Part shown: in pieces, positions 24,230 through 38,100 of the stretch
Layout of the letters: each line of letters starts with the position of its first letter
Numbering within the stretch: the first letter of the stretch is position 1
Source: Vitrella brassicaformis CCMP3155
Lineage: Eukaryota; Protista; Chromerida
Length of the DNA stretch: 64,000 nt
Direction of reading: 5' to 3'
Assembly (NCBI GenBank): GCA_001179505.1
Contig: CDMY01000821.1
Coordinates: 124,001 to 188,000 of the forward strand
The notes under the pieces: generated by a model
Database searches by the model: none
Told to the model about the DNA's origin: nothing
What the model saw: only the letters and a program-made list of their open reading frames with translations
Translations under genes and position numbers: made by a program

Positions 24230-25675
24230 CGCTTTTTCTTTTGCTTTTTCGTCCCGCCGCACGTGTTGGCGACGCTCGGGCGCCCCATCGTGCGTGGCTG
24301 TTCTGAGGGTATGCGCCGGCATGCAGCGTTTCGTGCACATGACGTGTGTATCTCTGGTTTCTGTGCTGCGTGTAGGGCTTGATTGCGTCGACAAGACAAG
24401 CAGCCGGCGGCTTGTCTGCCCTCTCAGAGGCCCGCTGAGTGGTCAAGCAGCTGGACAGACAGATCGATGGCGTCTGTGTGGAGGTGCGTGTGTGCGTGTC
24501 ACAGACAAATGCAATTGATACAAACGCACATGTGTGTGTGGCCGCATCAATTGCGTACATTGTCTGTCTGCAGGCTGCCCATTGTGCTGCTCATTCTGTC
24601 CGTCGGCCTGTCACCGCTGCCGTCCTCGGCCGCCTTCGTCCGGCCCGTCCGACTGACACACACAGCGCCCATCCCACTGACACACCCAGGGCCATCCCAC
24701 CGTGCACCGCAGCCCACACCGACGTCACCTGGGGAAATGCCGGTGACCGTGCTGAGTGCGGGAGGAGGATTCAACTTGTACAAGCATCTCAGCCAGCGGG
24801 ATATCGCCTTTGCTGGCATTGGATCGTTCCTGCTCGGGATCTACGTGGAGCTCCTCTACCTCGCAGACGCCGTTGACGTCAGGTAATGGACGAGGCTGTA
24901 TTGTGTTTGTGTAATGAAGTCCGTATGTGTGTGCGTGTGCAGATCGATGAGTGGTCCGGATATCGTGTCCAAGTTGGCGAGCGTCGAGGTCGAGGTGGAC
25001 GCCGTTGCCGCGGCTCCTCGGCTCGCCGTGATCGCACTGCTGGCGTCCAGTGTTATGTACTCGTGGAACAAGCTTATCCCAGGGGCCGACACCATCCCCA
25101 GAGACCGTAAGTAGCGATGGCTGCATGGGATGGGTGGGTGGATGGATGGATGGATGGATGCGCATGGACAAACAGACACGCACACGGACCCATTTGTGTG
25201 TGTCTGTGATATCAATCAATCAATCCCTCAGGTGACCTGCCGCCGGATGTACAGCTGCTCGAGAACAGCCGGAGAAAGGCAGCCGCAGGAGAACAACAGA
25301 AACCGCTCAGGCTGCGGGATGTGAGTGTGCGGGATGCAGACTGCATGTGTCTGGGCTCGGCCGTTGGCGGTTTTTTGGTCTGGGGCGTCCAGCTTCTTCT
25401 GCTTGTTCTGGCAACCACAGTCGACGCATCCGTGAAAGTGGTCAGTGCACTAGTGATCGCCAATCTCACGTTCTGGTTCGTCTTCTGGTGGAAGCGGGTG
25501 GCCGATGACTGACTGACGGACGGACGGACGGACGGACGGGTGGGTGGGTGGGTGGGTGGGTGAGTAGAGAAGGTCGGGTGTGCAGCAGAGTTTTTATACG
25601 TACAGGTCAGGGAGGGATCTAGTCACTGAATAGGTCGGCTGTTTTAGGTACGACGCATGGCGTGTTGCATGGATA
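24230..25675 (+). repeat. About 1.4 kb direct segmental duplication, copy 2
   Basis: Matches 15700-17110 including the promoter region, introns and 3' flank. Confidence 0.9.
24467..25512 (+). CDS. Plastid-targeted small membrane protein of unknown function, copy 2 (4 exons)
   Basis: Same exon structure as 15927-16992: MASVWR/LPIVLLILSVGLSPLPSSAAFVRP.., SGPDIVSKLASVEVEVDA.., DLPPDVQLLENSRR..FWFVFWWKRVADD*. Confidence 0.75.
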
Positions 25676-25775
25676 CACGACACGGAACATGCAGCACACA
25701 TCTCCTCTGCAAGTTTAGCTCGCAGAAAGCAATCGCTTTGGCCGCGTTTCTGCCGCTATATTTCACTGTGGCACG

Positions 25776-27177
25776 ATGTCCCGCCCCGAGGGTGACCGTG
25801 ATTACCGGCGAGATCGTGAAAGAGGTGATTCGCGGGACGACAGGCGGCGTGACGACGACAGGGGCAAGCGCGAGCGAGACGATGATGATGATTCGAGGGA
25901 CAGGGACAGAGAGAGGGAGAGGCGGCGGGACGATGACGACTACCACGACAGGCGGCGGGACAGGGACAGAGGGCGTGACAGGGACAGAGACGATGACCGC
26001 CGAAGAACCGACAGATACAGGTATGTGTCTGTGCGTGGGTGGGTGGCTGGGTGGATTGATAGATCTGACACACATATGTATGTGTCCTTCCGTCAGAGAT
26101 CGGGATTACGACCGGGACAGGGACAGGGACCGGTGAGTGAGCAGCCACGCCCAGACAGCACAGCACTACCAGACAGGGAGGATGGATGAGATTATTGATG
26201 CGCGCGTGTGTGTGTGTGTGTGCGTTGTCAGGGACAGGGATAGGGACAGGGATGACCGCCGGCGTGACCGAGACTACGACGACAGGGACGTAGACAGACG
26301 GAGGTGAGCACCACGAAGCACCACCTAGAAGAGCCTTCATTGCCCTGTGTGTGGATGGTTTCACCCATGCAGGGACAGGGACAGAGACCGTGACAGGGAC
26401 AGAGACAGGCGAGATCGGGATAGGGACTCATACAGGTGTGCATACCCGTCTGGGTGTAAGAATGTTACGTACCTACTTCTGCGACCGCTTTTGTCATTCA
26501 GGCGTGGCCGGAGGGACGATGACGACGACCGAGACGACGACAGATACAACAGAGGTACGCACAGCAGGGAGGGCACCACACACACACACACACACTCTCA
26601 CCAACCAAACGCTCTGTGTGTGTCGGTGTGTTTGCCCATCCATCAGATGAGGACAGGAAGCGTAAGCGTCGCCACGACAGCGATGATGACGACGACGATG
26701 ACGACCGGCGCGACCGGAAGGACCGGCGCCGCGACTCGCCCAAAAAACCCACTACCAATGCCAATGCATCGACGTCCAAGAAACCGGTCAAGCCCAAGCG
26801 CCACAAAAGCGATGATGACATGTCAATCGACAGCGATGGTGACGACGCCAAAAAGAAAAAGAAAAACAAAGTCAGCGGCCGGCGAGAGACAGACAACACA
26901 TGGATGCACGAGTGTGGCTGTGGATGGATGTGATGTGTGTGGTTACTTACAGGACAGTGACGATGATGCGTCGGATGACGATGAGGACAAGGACGGCGAC
27001 TTGACGGAGGAGCAGCTGATGCAGAAGCTGATGGGTTTCGGCAACTTCGACACGAGCAAGGGCAAGGACCACAGCAAGTCAGACCTCGGCGGGGTCAACA
27101 AGAGGACCAAGCGCAAGTACAGGCAGTACATGAACCGGAAGGGCGGATTCAACAGACCCCTCTCGCCCGTCTTCTGA
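25776..27177 (+). CDS. SNRNP27: U4/U6.U5 tri-snRNP 27 kDa protein, RD-repeat N-terminus, multi-exon
   Basis: C-terminus [41 protein letters not shown] is the conserved SNRNP27 (DUF1777) domain. The N-terminus is Arg/Asp dipeptide repeats. Confidence 0.93.
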
Positions 27178-28466
27178 CCAACCTACCAACCAACCAACCA
27201 ACGACAGACGTGACAGACAGGGAGCGTCTCTTGGGAGGCCGTGCCGTCCATCGCATTCACTATATGTTTCGGGAGGGAGGGAGGGAGGGAGGGACTGTTG
27301 CACATGATGCTTGCATGTGTGGTGTGCATCCATGCCATGAGTGAGTGGAGAGGCTGATTGATGCTTTATTGATGATAAGATTGTCGATCGTCTTTGGCGG
27401 GCCGGGCCAGCCTGTGATATGTACTAACTGTCTTTGTACGAGGGCCAAGAGAGAGGAGAGGTATTGTGTGTGTGTTTGTCGTTGCCTTGTCCTTCCTTCG
27501 AGTACGGGTGGTACATGTCGTCGTTCGCTCGCCGATCAGTGAGCGTGCGACAGCGTGGCCTGCTCGAGCTCAAAGGGTGGGAAAGCAACGACACCAAGAC
27601 CGATGGCCCAGAGAGGGCCACTGGCGTCATGCACATGTATCTGCACACGAACGCGTGAGTGTCTTGTGTCCATGTGTGGTTCTTTCAAGAGTGCTTTGGG
27701 CACCTTGTCTGTTGTGGACGTCCTGGTGTACAGCAGACAGGGTGTCCCGAGCACTCAACGGGAGAATCACACGACTGACACTCGCAGACCGCCCGACAGA
27801 CAGATGAACACATTCAAATCAACGACGGGGACCAGTATGTCAGACTGGGGAAATCAACGACAGTTTGAGTAATGAATGACTTGTATGCATGAAATGAATG
27901 TGTTGCTTCAGTTGTAGCATGGCATGCACAGTCATCCTCCCTTGAGTCATTCACCTTCACCTGTCGTTCTCAATCACACGAGCCATGAATGGGGAGCAAC
28001 AACACCAGACAGACAGGACACCAGGCAACTCCCGCCCTCCCCCCTCTCCCCCCCTGTGTGGTGGATTGGATGCACTGCTGTGCGGCTCTTTGGCTGAACG
28101 GACAGCGAAGCATGCAGAAAAAGCGCCAAGACAAGACAAGACGAGATACACACCGGCTTACCTGCTCACGCACTCACATTAAAAGCACGAGGACCAGCTT
28201 ACGCACACACACATGTAAACAAACAGGCAGACCTCTTCCTTCCCTGCTTCCTTCCTCTCTGTGCGTCATGGATGGCAGGCAAAAATACCTTCCTTCCTCA
28301 CGCCATGTCAGGCGCGGAGAGCCATGCGGGCCAACCAACCTCACTTTATCACATGAACGAACGATGAATACATGACAGACACCTCACTATCACAAACACA
28401 CACACACACACACACCTTGTCTAGTTTACGCACAGACAGCAAGCAAGAGACCTTCATACCGCCCAG

Positions 28467-30186
28467 TCAGCCGCAGTGCCTCATGACGGCCGTCTTGAAG
28501 CTCACTGCGTCTTCGTCAAGGCCCAACATCACACCCCCTGGCCGCCAACCCCCACGCCCACTCACGCGCCCCGCCTGCTCAGCAGCCAGCCGCCCAAGCT
28601 CCTCAATAATGACATTGTCGTCATCGTCTTGAAACTCGTCCCCAGACAAGTCGGCAAGAGAGATCCCGTCGGCGCCCCCAAAGGTGGGCGGCGACTCGCT
28701 CGCCAGCTCTTCGCACAGCACGGCCTTGCTGACGGCGGTGGGTGTCTCCCTCTCCCTGTCCCTGTCAGTCTCCACACATGTGTCGAATGTGTCGACGGTG
28801 CTGGCGTGGGATGACCTCCTTGTGTCCTCATGGGCAGGCGAATCAGTCGAAGAAGATGGAGACTGCTCGGTCGCGTCATCGGCAGCGGCAGGAGGGGTGG
28901 GGCTTGGGGGAGGCACCCATCTCGATGTCTGTGTCTGCTGGTGGTGGTGGTGGACGGTCTTCCCCTTCAGCTGAAGGGCCGTCGTCGTCGTCCAGATCAA
29001 GATCGTCGAAAGTGTCACAATGCCAGCGACATCGACACTTCTGCAGAGGCCCAGCCGCCCTCCTCTTGGCCTCCACCAGTGCATCCCGCCGGCCATCGAG
29101 ATAAACCAGCAGTGCCAAGCCGCCCAGCTGGACGACGAGAGCTGCCCACGTGAGCCCGCCGAGATGGTGCGGGCGGACCCCCATCCATCCGTGTGTCTGG
29201 ATGAGAGCACACGGGACGACGCTGCCCGCCAGGTGTGCAAGCATGCACACGCGCCGTGCCCGATTTTCCGCGGCAGATGCAGCCACGACGCCACCAGCAC
29301 CACCACACCCAAAGGGCCTACCAGCTGCAACACCGCGGGCCAGTCAGAAGCCAGCTGGTGCTGCTGCACCAGCCGATACGAAGCGACCACAATCAGGCTG
29401 ATCATGCACGAGAGGGCGCCGGCCAGCCAGGGGGAGCCGAGGGCACTGGTGGCCACTCGGTGCAATGCCGCGTGGATGGGCATGAGGCCGCCGAGGAGTA
29501 CGGCCAGGGAGCCGCGGATGAGGTAGGGGAGCCAGGCCAGGGGGTTCTTCCCTCCCCCTACCGCCATGACGAGCCCCACAACGACGAGAATGACGCTCAC
29601 CAGTCGGAACGGCGACTGGGGTATGGTCACCGAGGGAAGGAAGCCGCAGTTGTCCAGAAGCAGGAACAGCAGGGCCTGCCAAGAATAACAAGGTGAACAC
29701 GCACATTCGATTCATCAATCAATGCATATATATGTGACTTTGACTTTTCTCTCGTCCGCTCCACTCGCTCACCGCGCCGGCCGTTGCAGTGATGAGAGTG
29801 AGGTCGAGGCCCACCACAGGCAGGACGACCATCGGCAGCACAAAATGGGCCCAGCCGATCAGTCCACTCGTCAGAAGCATGAAGACCTTGCCCGGCGACC
29901 GACGCAGCCCCGCCACGGCAGCCACCGTGTGACTCAGCCGCAGAGTCGGGATGGCAGCCAGCAACATCAAGATGCACACCACACCTGCATCATGTCATGC
30001 GGGCGGCAATGTGTGTGACACACGAACAGTTTGTGTGTGCTTGCCAACTGACCGACCTTGTATGGTTGCCGCTGCCCACACAACACTGCCCATCGTCCGG
30101 CTCATCGCCAGTGCTGTCGCCCACACGACAGGAAGGCAGGCGCCAGACAGACACCCCACCGCAGACGCAACGAGCGCCTTGATCAT
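28467..30186 (-). CDS. Drug/metabolite transporter superfamily protein with two YdcZ (DUF606)-like repeats and an acidic tail
   Basis: Two repeats of the YdcZ-type helix 1-2 pattern: VGCLSGACLPVVWATALAMSRTMGSVVWAAA and VLLGGLMPIHAALHRVATSALGSPWLAGALS. About 10 TMs. Start codon uncertain. Confidence 0.6.
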
Positions 30187-30451
30187 TACTGCAGGCCCTG
30201 CTCTCAGCTGCCGAACAGGGCTGCGGCCGTCGGAGTGCCGTCGGGGTGCCGTCGGGGTGCTGTTGCCTCTGTATGTCCTACTGCTGGGGAGGCGTAGACT
30301 TCGTCGGATCAAGCGTGGATCTCCGCAAAAGTCACGCCATCTCTTCAGCCTCTTGTGCCATCTTCACCACCTTCAGGGAGCACCCTTTGCGTTTGCGAGC
30401 TCAAACGCTTCCAAGGTTGTCAGCATCTGGTCTGTGACCTTGCTGTATGCT

Positions 30452-31767
30452 ATGTTAGTGTCGTATGACGGGCTGCCCAAGGCAGCACGAGCAATCGCCG
30501 TCTTTATCTCCATCCTCGTCTCCTCATCTGCATCTGTGCTGCGCTTGTCGAGAGCGGGTCGGCCTGCAAATGCAGCCAATGCAGCCTCTTTCATCCCCTG
30601 CCCGCCCCTGCGGTCTCTGCTGCCATCGCTTTCACCGTCCTCGTGCCAGCGGCTTTCATCGCGGCGGACCGCCCGCATGCTCTTCAACCTCTTCCAACAG
30701 CCGAAGCGGACGCGGAAAGAGATGTTCTGGGAACGGGTCGAACAGGTGACAAACAAGGCCAGCCCTGCACAGAGCATATGGATATCACGCCAGCCAATCC
30801 GCACCTTCTTTCCATGTGTTTGTTGGCGATGAATGCCAGACTTTGCGCAGCAGGTATCGCTTCCGCGAGATCCGGCGGATCTATGACTTCATTGACTACT
30901 GCAACGGCAACCTGCAGCCCCCCGTCGCCGCCACACTCCACTGCCCATCAGAGGAGTTTGTGCCGCGCCTCACCGCCCAACCATGGTGGGACCCAGCTGA
31001 CTTCCCGTGGACAGCTCAGCTCGAGCGGCAGTCGCCCGTCATCCAAGAGGAGCTCAGGAGTGCCCTCGACCAGCCGCGCGAGTACCGATTCGCGGCCAAC
31101 TCTGCAATGGCGCAGACGATGGGCGCGGGGTGGTCTGCTTTTCGGCTGCAGCGGTTCGGCGAGTGGATAGAGGACAACCGGCAGAAGTTCCCGCGCACCT
31201 CTGCGCTGCTCGCCGATCTGGGCATCCCTATCGCCATGAGGGGCGTCATGATTGCGCGACAGAGGGCCGGCAGCGGCGTGCAGCCACACTCAGACGGAAG
31301 GTGAGTATGTGCATCGCGCCATACGCAATTCTTCTCAGCCTCATGTGTGTCGATCTGTGTGTCGGTGTGGGGGCGTGGCGTGCAGGAATTTCATCCTGAC
31401 GGCGCATCTGGGTCTGCAGGTGCCTGAGGGCTGCTGGATGCGTGTGGGTGAGGAGAGGCGTGAGTGGCGAGAGAACAAGGTGTGTGTGTTCGACACGTCC
31501 TTCGAGCACGAGACGGGCAACCCCACGCAGCACGGCCGCTTCGTCCTCATCGTCGACTTCTGGCACCCCGAACTCAGCGATGCGGAGCGCAATGCGCTGG
31601 CCGACATCTATGCCATCAGGAACGAGTTCGACAGGGAGGTGCTCGCCGCAGCTGAGCAGGAGCCCGTCAATGGGCGGGCGAATGGCATCGAGCAGAAGGA
31701 GCAGCAACAGCCGACAGAGGGGGAGAGGGAGGGGGAGAAGACGCCTGCTGCCGTGGAGCGGCCTTAG
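30452..31767 (+). CDS. Aspartyl/asparaginyl beta-hydroxylase-like Fe(II)/2OG dioxygenase with predicted plastid leader, 3 exons
   Basis: PWWDPADFPW, VQPHSDGR/NFILTAHLGLQVP, WRENKVCVFDTSFEHET and RFVLIVDFWHPEL give the HxD..H triad. N-terminal hydrophobic AIAVFISILVSSSASV followed by a Ser/Arg/Pro-rich stretch. Confidence 0.85.
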
Positions 31768-32120
31768 GCCAGGCCGAGAGAGGGGGTGGGGGTGTGGTCG
31801 TGGGTTGGCGTGAGCCATGTTGATGTGTTGATGGCGGGATGCGGCACGTTTTGTGACTTGACGGATTGATTGACGAGTGGAGCCGGCCGCGTTTTTGCGT
31901 GTAATGACTGACATGCATGTTGTGGTGTGTTGCCTTGGGTGTCGTATGTGCGGTGCGATCGAGGCGTGAGATGCGAGCAGACATGCATACAGACTGAGAG
32001 TTTGATTGCAATCAAAGTCATCGAACAGCAACATTCCATCCAATCATCCAACAGCACGCGCACAGATACACAGATAAACAAAAAAAGGCCACTTGCTCAC
32101 CAGCCCAAAAGGTCGGTTAT

Positions 32121-35100
32121 CTATCTGTAGGGCCCCTCGTGTCTCCTTGCCTCCCACAGCCCCCTCCCTCCCTGATGCTCATACATGTCACCCGGCGGCA
32201 TCTGCTCACTCTCCGCCTGCTGCTGCTGGTGCTGGTCCAGCCTGCTCCTGCCGCGTGTGTGCTGCATCGACATGGGGGCGGACAGCGGGCCCTCGGGATG
32301 GCTGCCGCCTGGCGGGGGCGTGTGTGTGCCTGGCGGCCTCTGTGACACGAGTGACCTGTAGACGTCAGCATTGCGCCGTCGCTCACTCTCCAACTCAGCA
32401 CGGGTGGCCGCCAGCTGCCCACATCCATGTGTCAATCAGATGGAGGGCGTGTGTGTGGTGAGTGAATGAGTGAACCACTTTATGAGGTATATGAGGGCTT
32501 ACGATTTTCTCGAGCTGTTCTCTCTCCCCTCGTGCGGCGAGGTACTGGTCCTGTGCGGTGCGGGCCTTCATACGCTCCTCGGCTACGTTGGTGTTCAAAC
32601 GAGACTGCATCCAGTGAAGACGTGCATCGCATCCATCGAATGACACAGACCAGAGAGACCATCGTTGCGTCTTTCTCTGTCTTGCGTTAGTTACGATGGT
32701 TGTGTTGAGGGTGCCGATCATCTCCACTTTGGCCTTGACGTCCTGCCTGGCCGTCTGCGCACACAGCCCACACAGCCCACACACGAAGCAGTGTGATGTG
32801 AATTGAATGCCTGGCTGGGCTGGGTGTGTGTTGTGTACAGTAAGTACATCGAGGTGTTGTTTGGTTGCGTCTAGGTCTTTGTTGGTTTGGCTGTAGGCCT
32901 CTCGCAGGCTGTTGTGGAAGGTGACGAGCTGGTGGTGCTCCTGCACCAACTTCTCGCCCCCCTCCTGCAGACTCTTGACCACCTCACGGTACTGCTGTAG
33001 CTCATGCTCAACACTGACACACATACAGGGCAGAGACAGACAACGGGTGTGGTGTCTCTCTGCAGCATGGGTGCCTTCCTTCATTCCGTGTCGCGACTGA
33101 TTTACCGTGCCTTTTCCGCCTGGAGGTCCTGGTCCCGTTGTGACGCGCTGGCCCCGCCAAACTGCAACCATCAATCCAGTGACGTGACAACCATTGATAT
33201 ACACCTGATTGGATTGATGTGGATGAATCTGCACGCACCTCGTGCTCGGCCTCGAGCGTGGCCTTCTCGTCCGCCAGACGCTGCACACACCACGCACCGC
33301 ACATTCATCAAAAGAGTGCGTTTGGCATCAGAGCGGTCGGAAACGTCACCTTGATTTGTTGCTCCATGTCCTGTATACGTCTGTCCTTCTCCTCAAGTGC
33401 GGCCTGTGTGTCGTCGGCACTGTCCTGCAACTCCGCCAACTGGTTCTGCAGCTGAGTCACGCGGCGCTGATACTCCAACTCCTCATCCTAACACACATAG
33501 AGGGCCGCTGTGCTGGTTGCACACAGGTATGTTTCCGTCAGTCCGCCCCCGGCCACTGACTGACCTGGACTGTCTGCAGTTCCTGCAGCTTCTCGGTGAG
33601 TCTGGTCTGGAGACTCTCCTCGCGGGCCTGGCTCTCCTGCAGGAGGGCAGTCGTCTGACTCACAGCCTGCAGGACACACACAGATTGGGCGATGCGTGGG
33701 GAAGAGACGTGGAGGATAGTTACTCACTCACCACTTTGCTTTTTGAGAGTTCGTCCTGTATGGCCTCCACGTTGCTGAAACGGTCCAGCTGCTTCCGCAG
33801 CTGACGTACGGATAGATAGGATGAATAGACAGATGGATGGATGGATGGATGAGACATCCACCAATGTGTGTCTCATCTGCCCCCCGTTGTGATGTGATTG
33901 TGTCAGCGCACCCGTGCGGTTTCGCTCTCGAGGGTGACGCACCGCTCCTGCACCTCCTTGAGCTCAAACCGAAGACCAGAGTTCTGACGCATGTGCGACA
34001 GCCAGAGACGCATACACAGGGTGTCTGTCTCTGTGGCTTGCACTCGTGTAATCGCATTATATATACCTGCTGGAAGAGCTTATCTCTGTCCTTTTCGAGA
34101 TGCTGCATCTGTGACGACACGCGGTGATACTCATCGGCAGAATACATCTGATGGAGAACCAAACAGCAACACAACACACATACGCCTGCTCTCTCCACCT
34201 CACCTCACCTCACCTCACCTCTGGCGCAGGTGATGGCTGCTCCTCCTCAGCTCCGGTCGGCTCGCCTCGACTGTCGGCTGCGTGTGCTTCCGGCAGCGGG
34301 GGCATGGGGCCTGTGAGTTTGCCCTTCCGGATAAGCTCCTGCATCGTCCGCACCGTCACGTTGCTCGAGTCCAGGGTGCCACGTGGCTGCTGCTGCTGCT
34401 GCAGCTCGCTGTCAGACGGCTCCTCGACAGCTGCGTCGGTGGATGTGGTGCGGCGCTGCTGGCCCTCCTGGCGGCGCGACTCCTTCTCGCGCAGCTGCTG
34501 GATCATCTTCTGCAGACAATGAATGGGTGGAGGGCATGAGGGCAATAGAGGGCAAGAGAGCTGTCGTGCGTGGGCAGATGACTGGCTGACCTGTGCGTGA
34601 GCCTCCCGGACTTGAAGTGTCTGCAGGTCGGTCTCGAGTCTGAACTTGTCGCCCTTGAGCTTCTCAACTTGCACCTGCAACAATACAACAAACACACCGC
34701 AGCATGCATGGATTGAGCCACACCCAGCTCTGTATAAGTGTGTGTGGTGTGGTTTAGGGGTCGGCAGGTTACATCTTTGTCTTTGAGGTCTTTGAGTTTG
34801 TTTCTGAGTGTCTCCTCTCGGTATGCTGTGCTCTCGAGGTCACTCTCCAGACGACGCTTGTCAGACCGAAGCTGACACACTCACAGCCGCAAGTGGATGA
34901 ATGGACAGATTCGAATGCATGGCTGCCTGCCACCCAACGACTTACCGTGTCCACTTCTGCCCGCAGTTTCTTCAGCTCCTCTTCAGATCTGACGACAGCA
35001 GGCAGAATGGATGATGGATGCACCAGCGGATGCCTTGTGCCGTCGGCATGTGCGTACTTGGCCTTGAGGGTGTCGTATTCGATGGTCTTGCGGAGGTTGT

Positions 35101-38100
35101 CGCTCTTGGCTGCCTCCAACTCCACCGCACTGTTGCGCAGCTCAGACAACTCCTCCTGGTGGTACTGCACACACACACACACACACAAGAAGACATCCAT
35201 GATGCGTGCTGGATGCAGGCCGCCACACGCACACACCCGGAGGTCGCTCTCGGCCTGCGTGAGGTCGATCCTGAGCGGGAGACACGCAGAGCAGACCGAG
35301 AAACGAAACGAGTGAAAGAGAGACCGACCTATACAGGTATGTTTGCACCTGAGGCGCTGGTTTTCGTTGCGCAGCTGGTCCATCTCAGCAGCCTGAGTGA
35401 GTGGGGACGCTTGGTGACTTCAAAGCCCCTACACTCGTATCTACCATCAGTGTCTCTCTCTGTACCTTCTGTCCGTCCCAAGCGGCTGTTTCGACCTCGA
35501 GCTCCAGCTGCGCGGCCCTCTGACGCAAACGCCGGTTGTCATCCTCCAACTCGTGACGCGCATGAGACTATCACACACACGCACACACACACACCCGAGT
35601 CATCCATGCGACCATTGATGTGCTGTGTGGTTGACCTCTTGTGCTTTGGCGTTGTCTCTTTCCTCCTCCATCTGTTTCCTGAGGGCCTCGAGTTGATATT
35701 GCATCCGGGCCCGCTCGGCCCTCTCGCTCTCCAACTCCTTCTGCAGACCCTCAGTCATCTGAATACATACATCAATGAGTAAATGAATGCTCATCGGGGA
35801 AATGAATCAATCGTTTCTGTCGTATGTTGCATGGTGGTGTGACCTGTAGCATCTGTTCCTTCTTCTGAGCCTCCTCAGCCACACGCCGGGCCGCCTCAGC
35901 CTCCTGTGTGGGGCAAATGGGAGGCAAAGTGAGATGTGGCCATAGGTGATTGACCGCACTCATTGCATTGACTGACCTCCTGCCGGATGCGATCCTCCTC
36001 CTGTTTCTTCCGGGCCTCCTCAGCACGCAGACGCAACTCCTCATTCTGAATGATGGGAACCATCCTCCATCCATCCGTGCAGGTGGTTGAGATTCACCCC
36101 GCCCCAACCTCTTTTTGTGTGATCTGGTGCTGCCGTCTCCGTTCGTCCTCCTGCCGCTTCCGCTCGATGTTCTCCCGGGCCCGCTTGCCCTTCAGACGGC
36201 CGATCTCCTTGCGGGTGAGGTGGCCACGCACGATCGACTGGCACTTGACAGCACTCGAGTGGAGCAACTGCAGCAGACAAAAAGGCAGACCGACAAGAGG
36301 CTTGTGCACCGGAGGGGGTTGTTTGGGATGTACCTTGAACCTGGCCCGTGCGGCGACGCTTCGAAAGACGCTCTGTATCTGGATGATGGCCTTCTCGCGC
36401 TTGCACTGCTGCACAAACTGCTGTCTGCACACGCAAGATCCACCATGTCACGGCCACCTGGTGTGATTGTGAGTGCGTACCTTGCGATGACTGCGCGGAA
36501 TGCTGCCTGAATGCGTTTGAGGCCGTCGAGTTTGCGTCGGTATGCCAGGCGGGCGGCGAAGCGGCGGTAGTTCTTCTGGATCGTGAGGACGTACTTGCGC
36601 GTGGCCGCCGACAGGGCCCGCTCCAACGCACTCTGCAACTCCTCCTTCATGAAGATCTGCCAGCACGTGCCCAACAAGAATGTATTGGGTGCGTGTCCTA
36701 TTGCCTCATGTGTGCCGTTCGTTGTGTGAGATGTCTGACTGACCGACCTTGGTTTGGCCCACTTGCCAGCAGAGGGGTGGGAGGTGGTATCCGGCCTGGT
36801 TGAGCTGCGCCTCGATGCTGGGGAGCATTTGGCGACAGCAGGCAGTGAAGTCGACGTTGTCGCGAGGGTTGTCGATCATGCCGGGGTCCAGTATCCTGAT
36901 TGATGATGCATGGATGGAGGCAATGCAATGCACAGAGAGGCGTTTGTGGCTTGTGTTGTGTTGTGTTGTGTGACGGCTTACTTGAATCGTTGGTAGAACT
37001 CTTTGAAGTTGCGCCTGACTGGGTAGCCCGCCCGCCGAATGCGAATCGCCTCCAACATGCCCGCGCAGTTCAACTGCCTGTAGACACAACGGACGTACAC
37101 AACGCATACATACCCGAAAATGGCCATTGTTGTGGTGTGTGTGTCGTGTGACCTCCCGACCTGAGTGCGTCCTTCGAGTCGAATTGGTGTATGGCCTTCT
37201 CGCTGTTGGGTTTGATGCACCGCACGAAGGACGGATTGGTGTGCTTCAAGATGTCAACCAAACCCTGCAGCTGACGCCTGCACACACACACCGAGACACG
37301 CGCACATCCATTCGCGTGTCATGGCCTCCTGCTTCCCATTCCTCTGCACATGACCTACCTGAAGTTTTCGCCGACCGACATGGATCTCCCCCCTCCGGCG
37401 GCTTGCTCCTGTCTGGTTGGCGCCGCGCCCTTCTTGGGGGCACCACGAGCAGGCACACGGATGATGGGCTCCTTGACCGTGAACAGCTGGCCACAAACCA
37501 CACCCACAGAGTACAGATAGATACACATGGGATGTGGTGTGTTGGGGGGATGTGGTACTGGCTGACTGACCTCTGCGATGAGGGGTACGTTGGACGTGGC
37601 CAGCAGTGCGATGATGTCCTTGTCCAGCGGGTCCTTGTTTTTGTCTGTGAAACCGTCGACGGTGTACTCGACTCGGGCGGCGTAGTGGTTGACACGGAAC
37701 TCGAGAGTCTTGCGCGGATCGGACTGGATGGACAAATCAATGCAATGCACCAACCACAACAGCACAGCACAGCACAAGCCATGAGACAAGGGCGGGGGTC
37801 ATTCATTGACCCAGGTACCTACTTACCTTATGGATGACTGTGGGGTATTCGTTGGCCGTATTTTGGTGTATCTTGTTGATGAGCGTGCGGTCGCTGCCCT
37901 GCGGCATCAGACACTCCGAGTCCAGAAGAGGGAACACACCCATCGGCCTGCATTGCATTGCATGATGCACACACAGCCACTCACTCACTCATGCGCATAT
38001 GTGTGTATCCATCCTCCTTTCTTCCTTGTGTACCTTACTTACCTGCCCTCGAGTGCGTCTATGATGGGTTGGTTGTCCCGCCAGTCGATGTGCTTCCAAT

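Noticed and set aside
25776-26700. GGGACA/GACAGG hexamer repeats as a non-coding repeat element
   Set aside because: They encode the Arg-Asp repeats of SNRNP27.
27345-27872. Exon-like fragments downstream of SNRNP27
   Set aside because: They could not be joined into a frame or matched to a family. Possibly a decayed gene, but unsupported.
30373-30804. 143-aa minus-strand ORF upstream of the DMT gene
   Set aside because: It is antisense to exon 1 of the hydroxylase gene, has no recognisable domain, and ends in a stop before the DMT exons.
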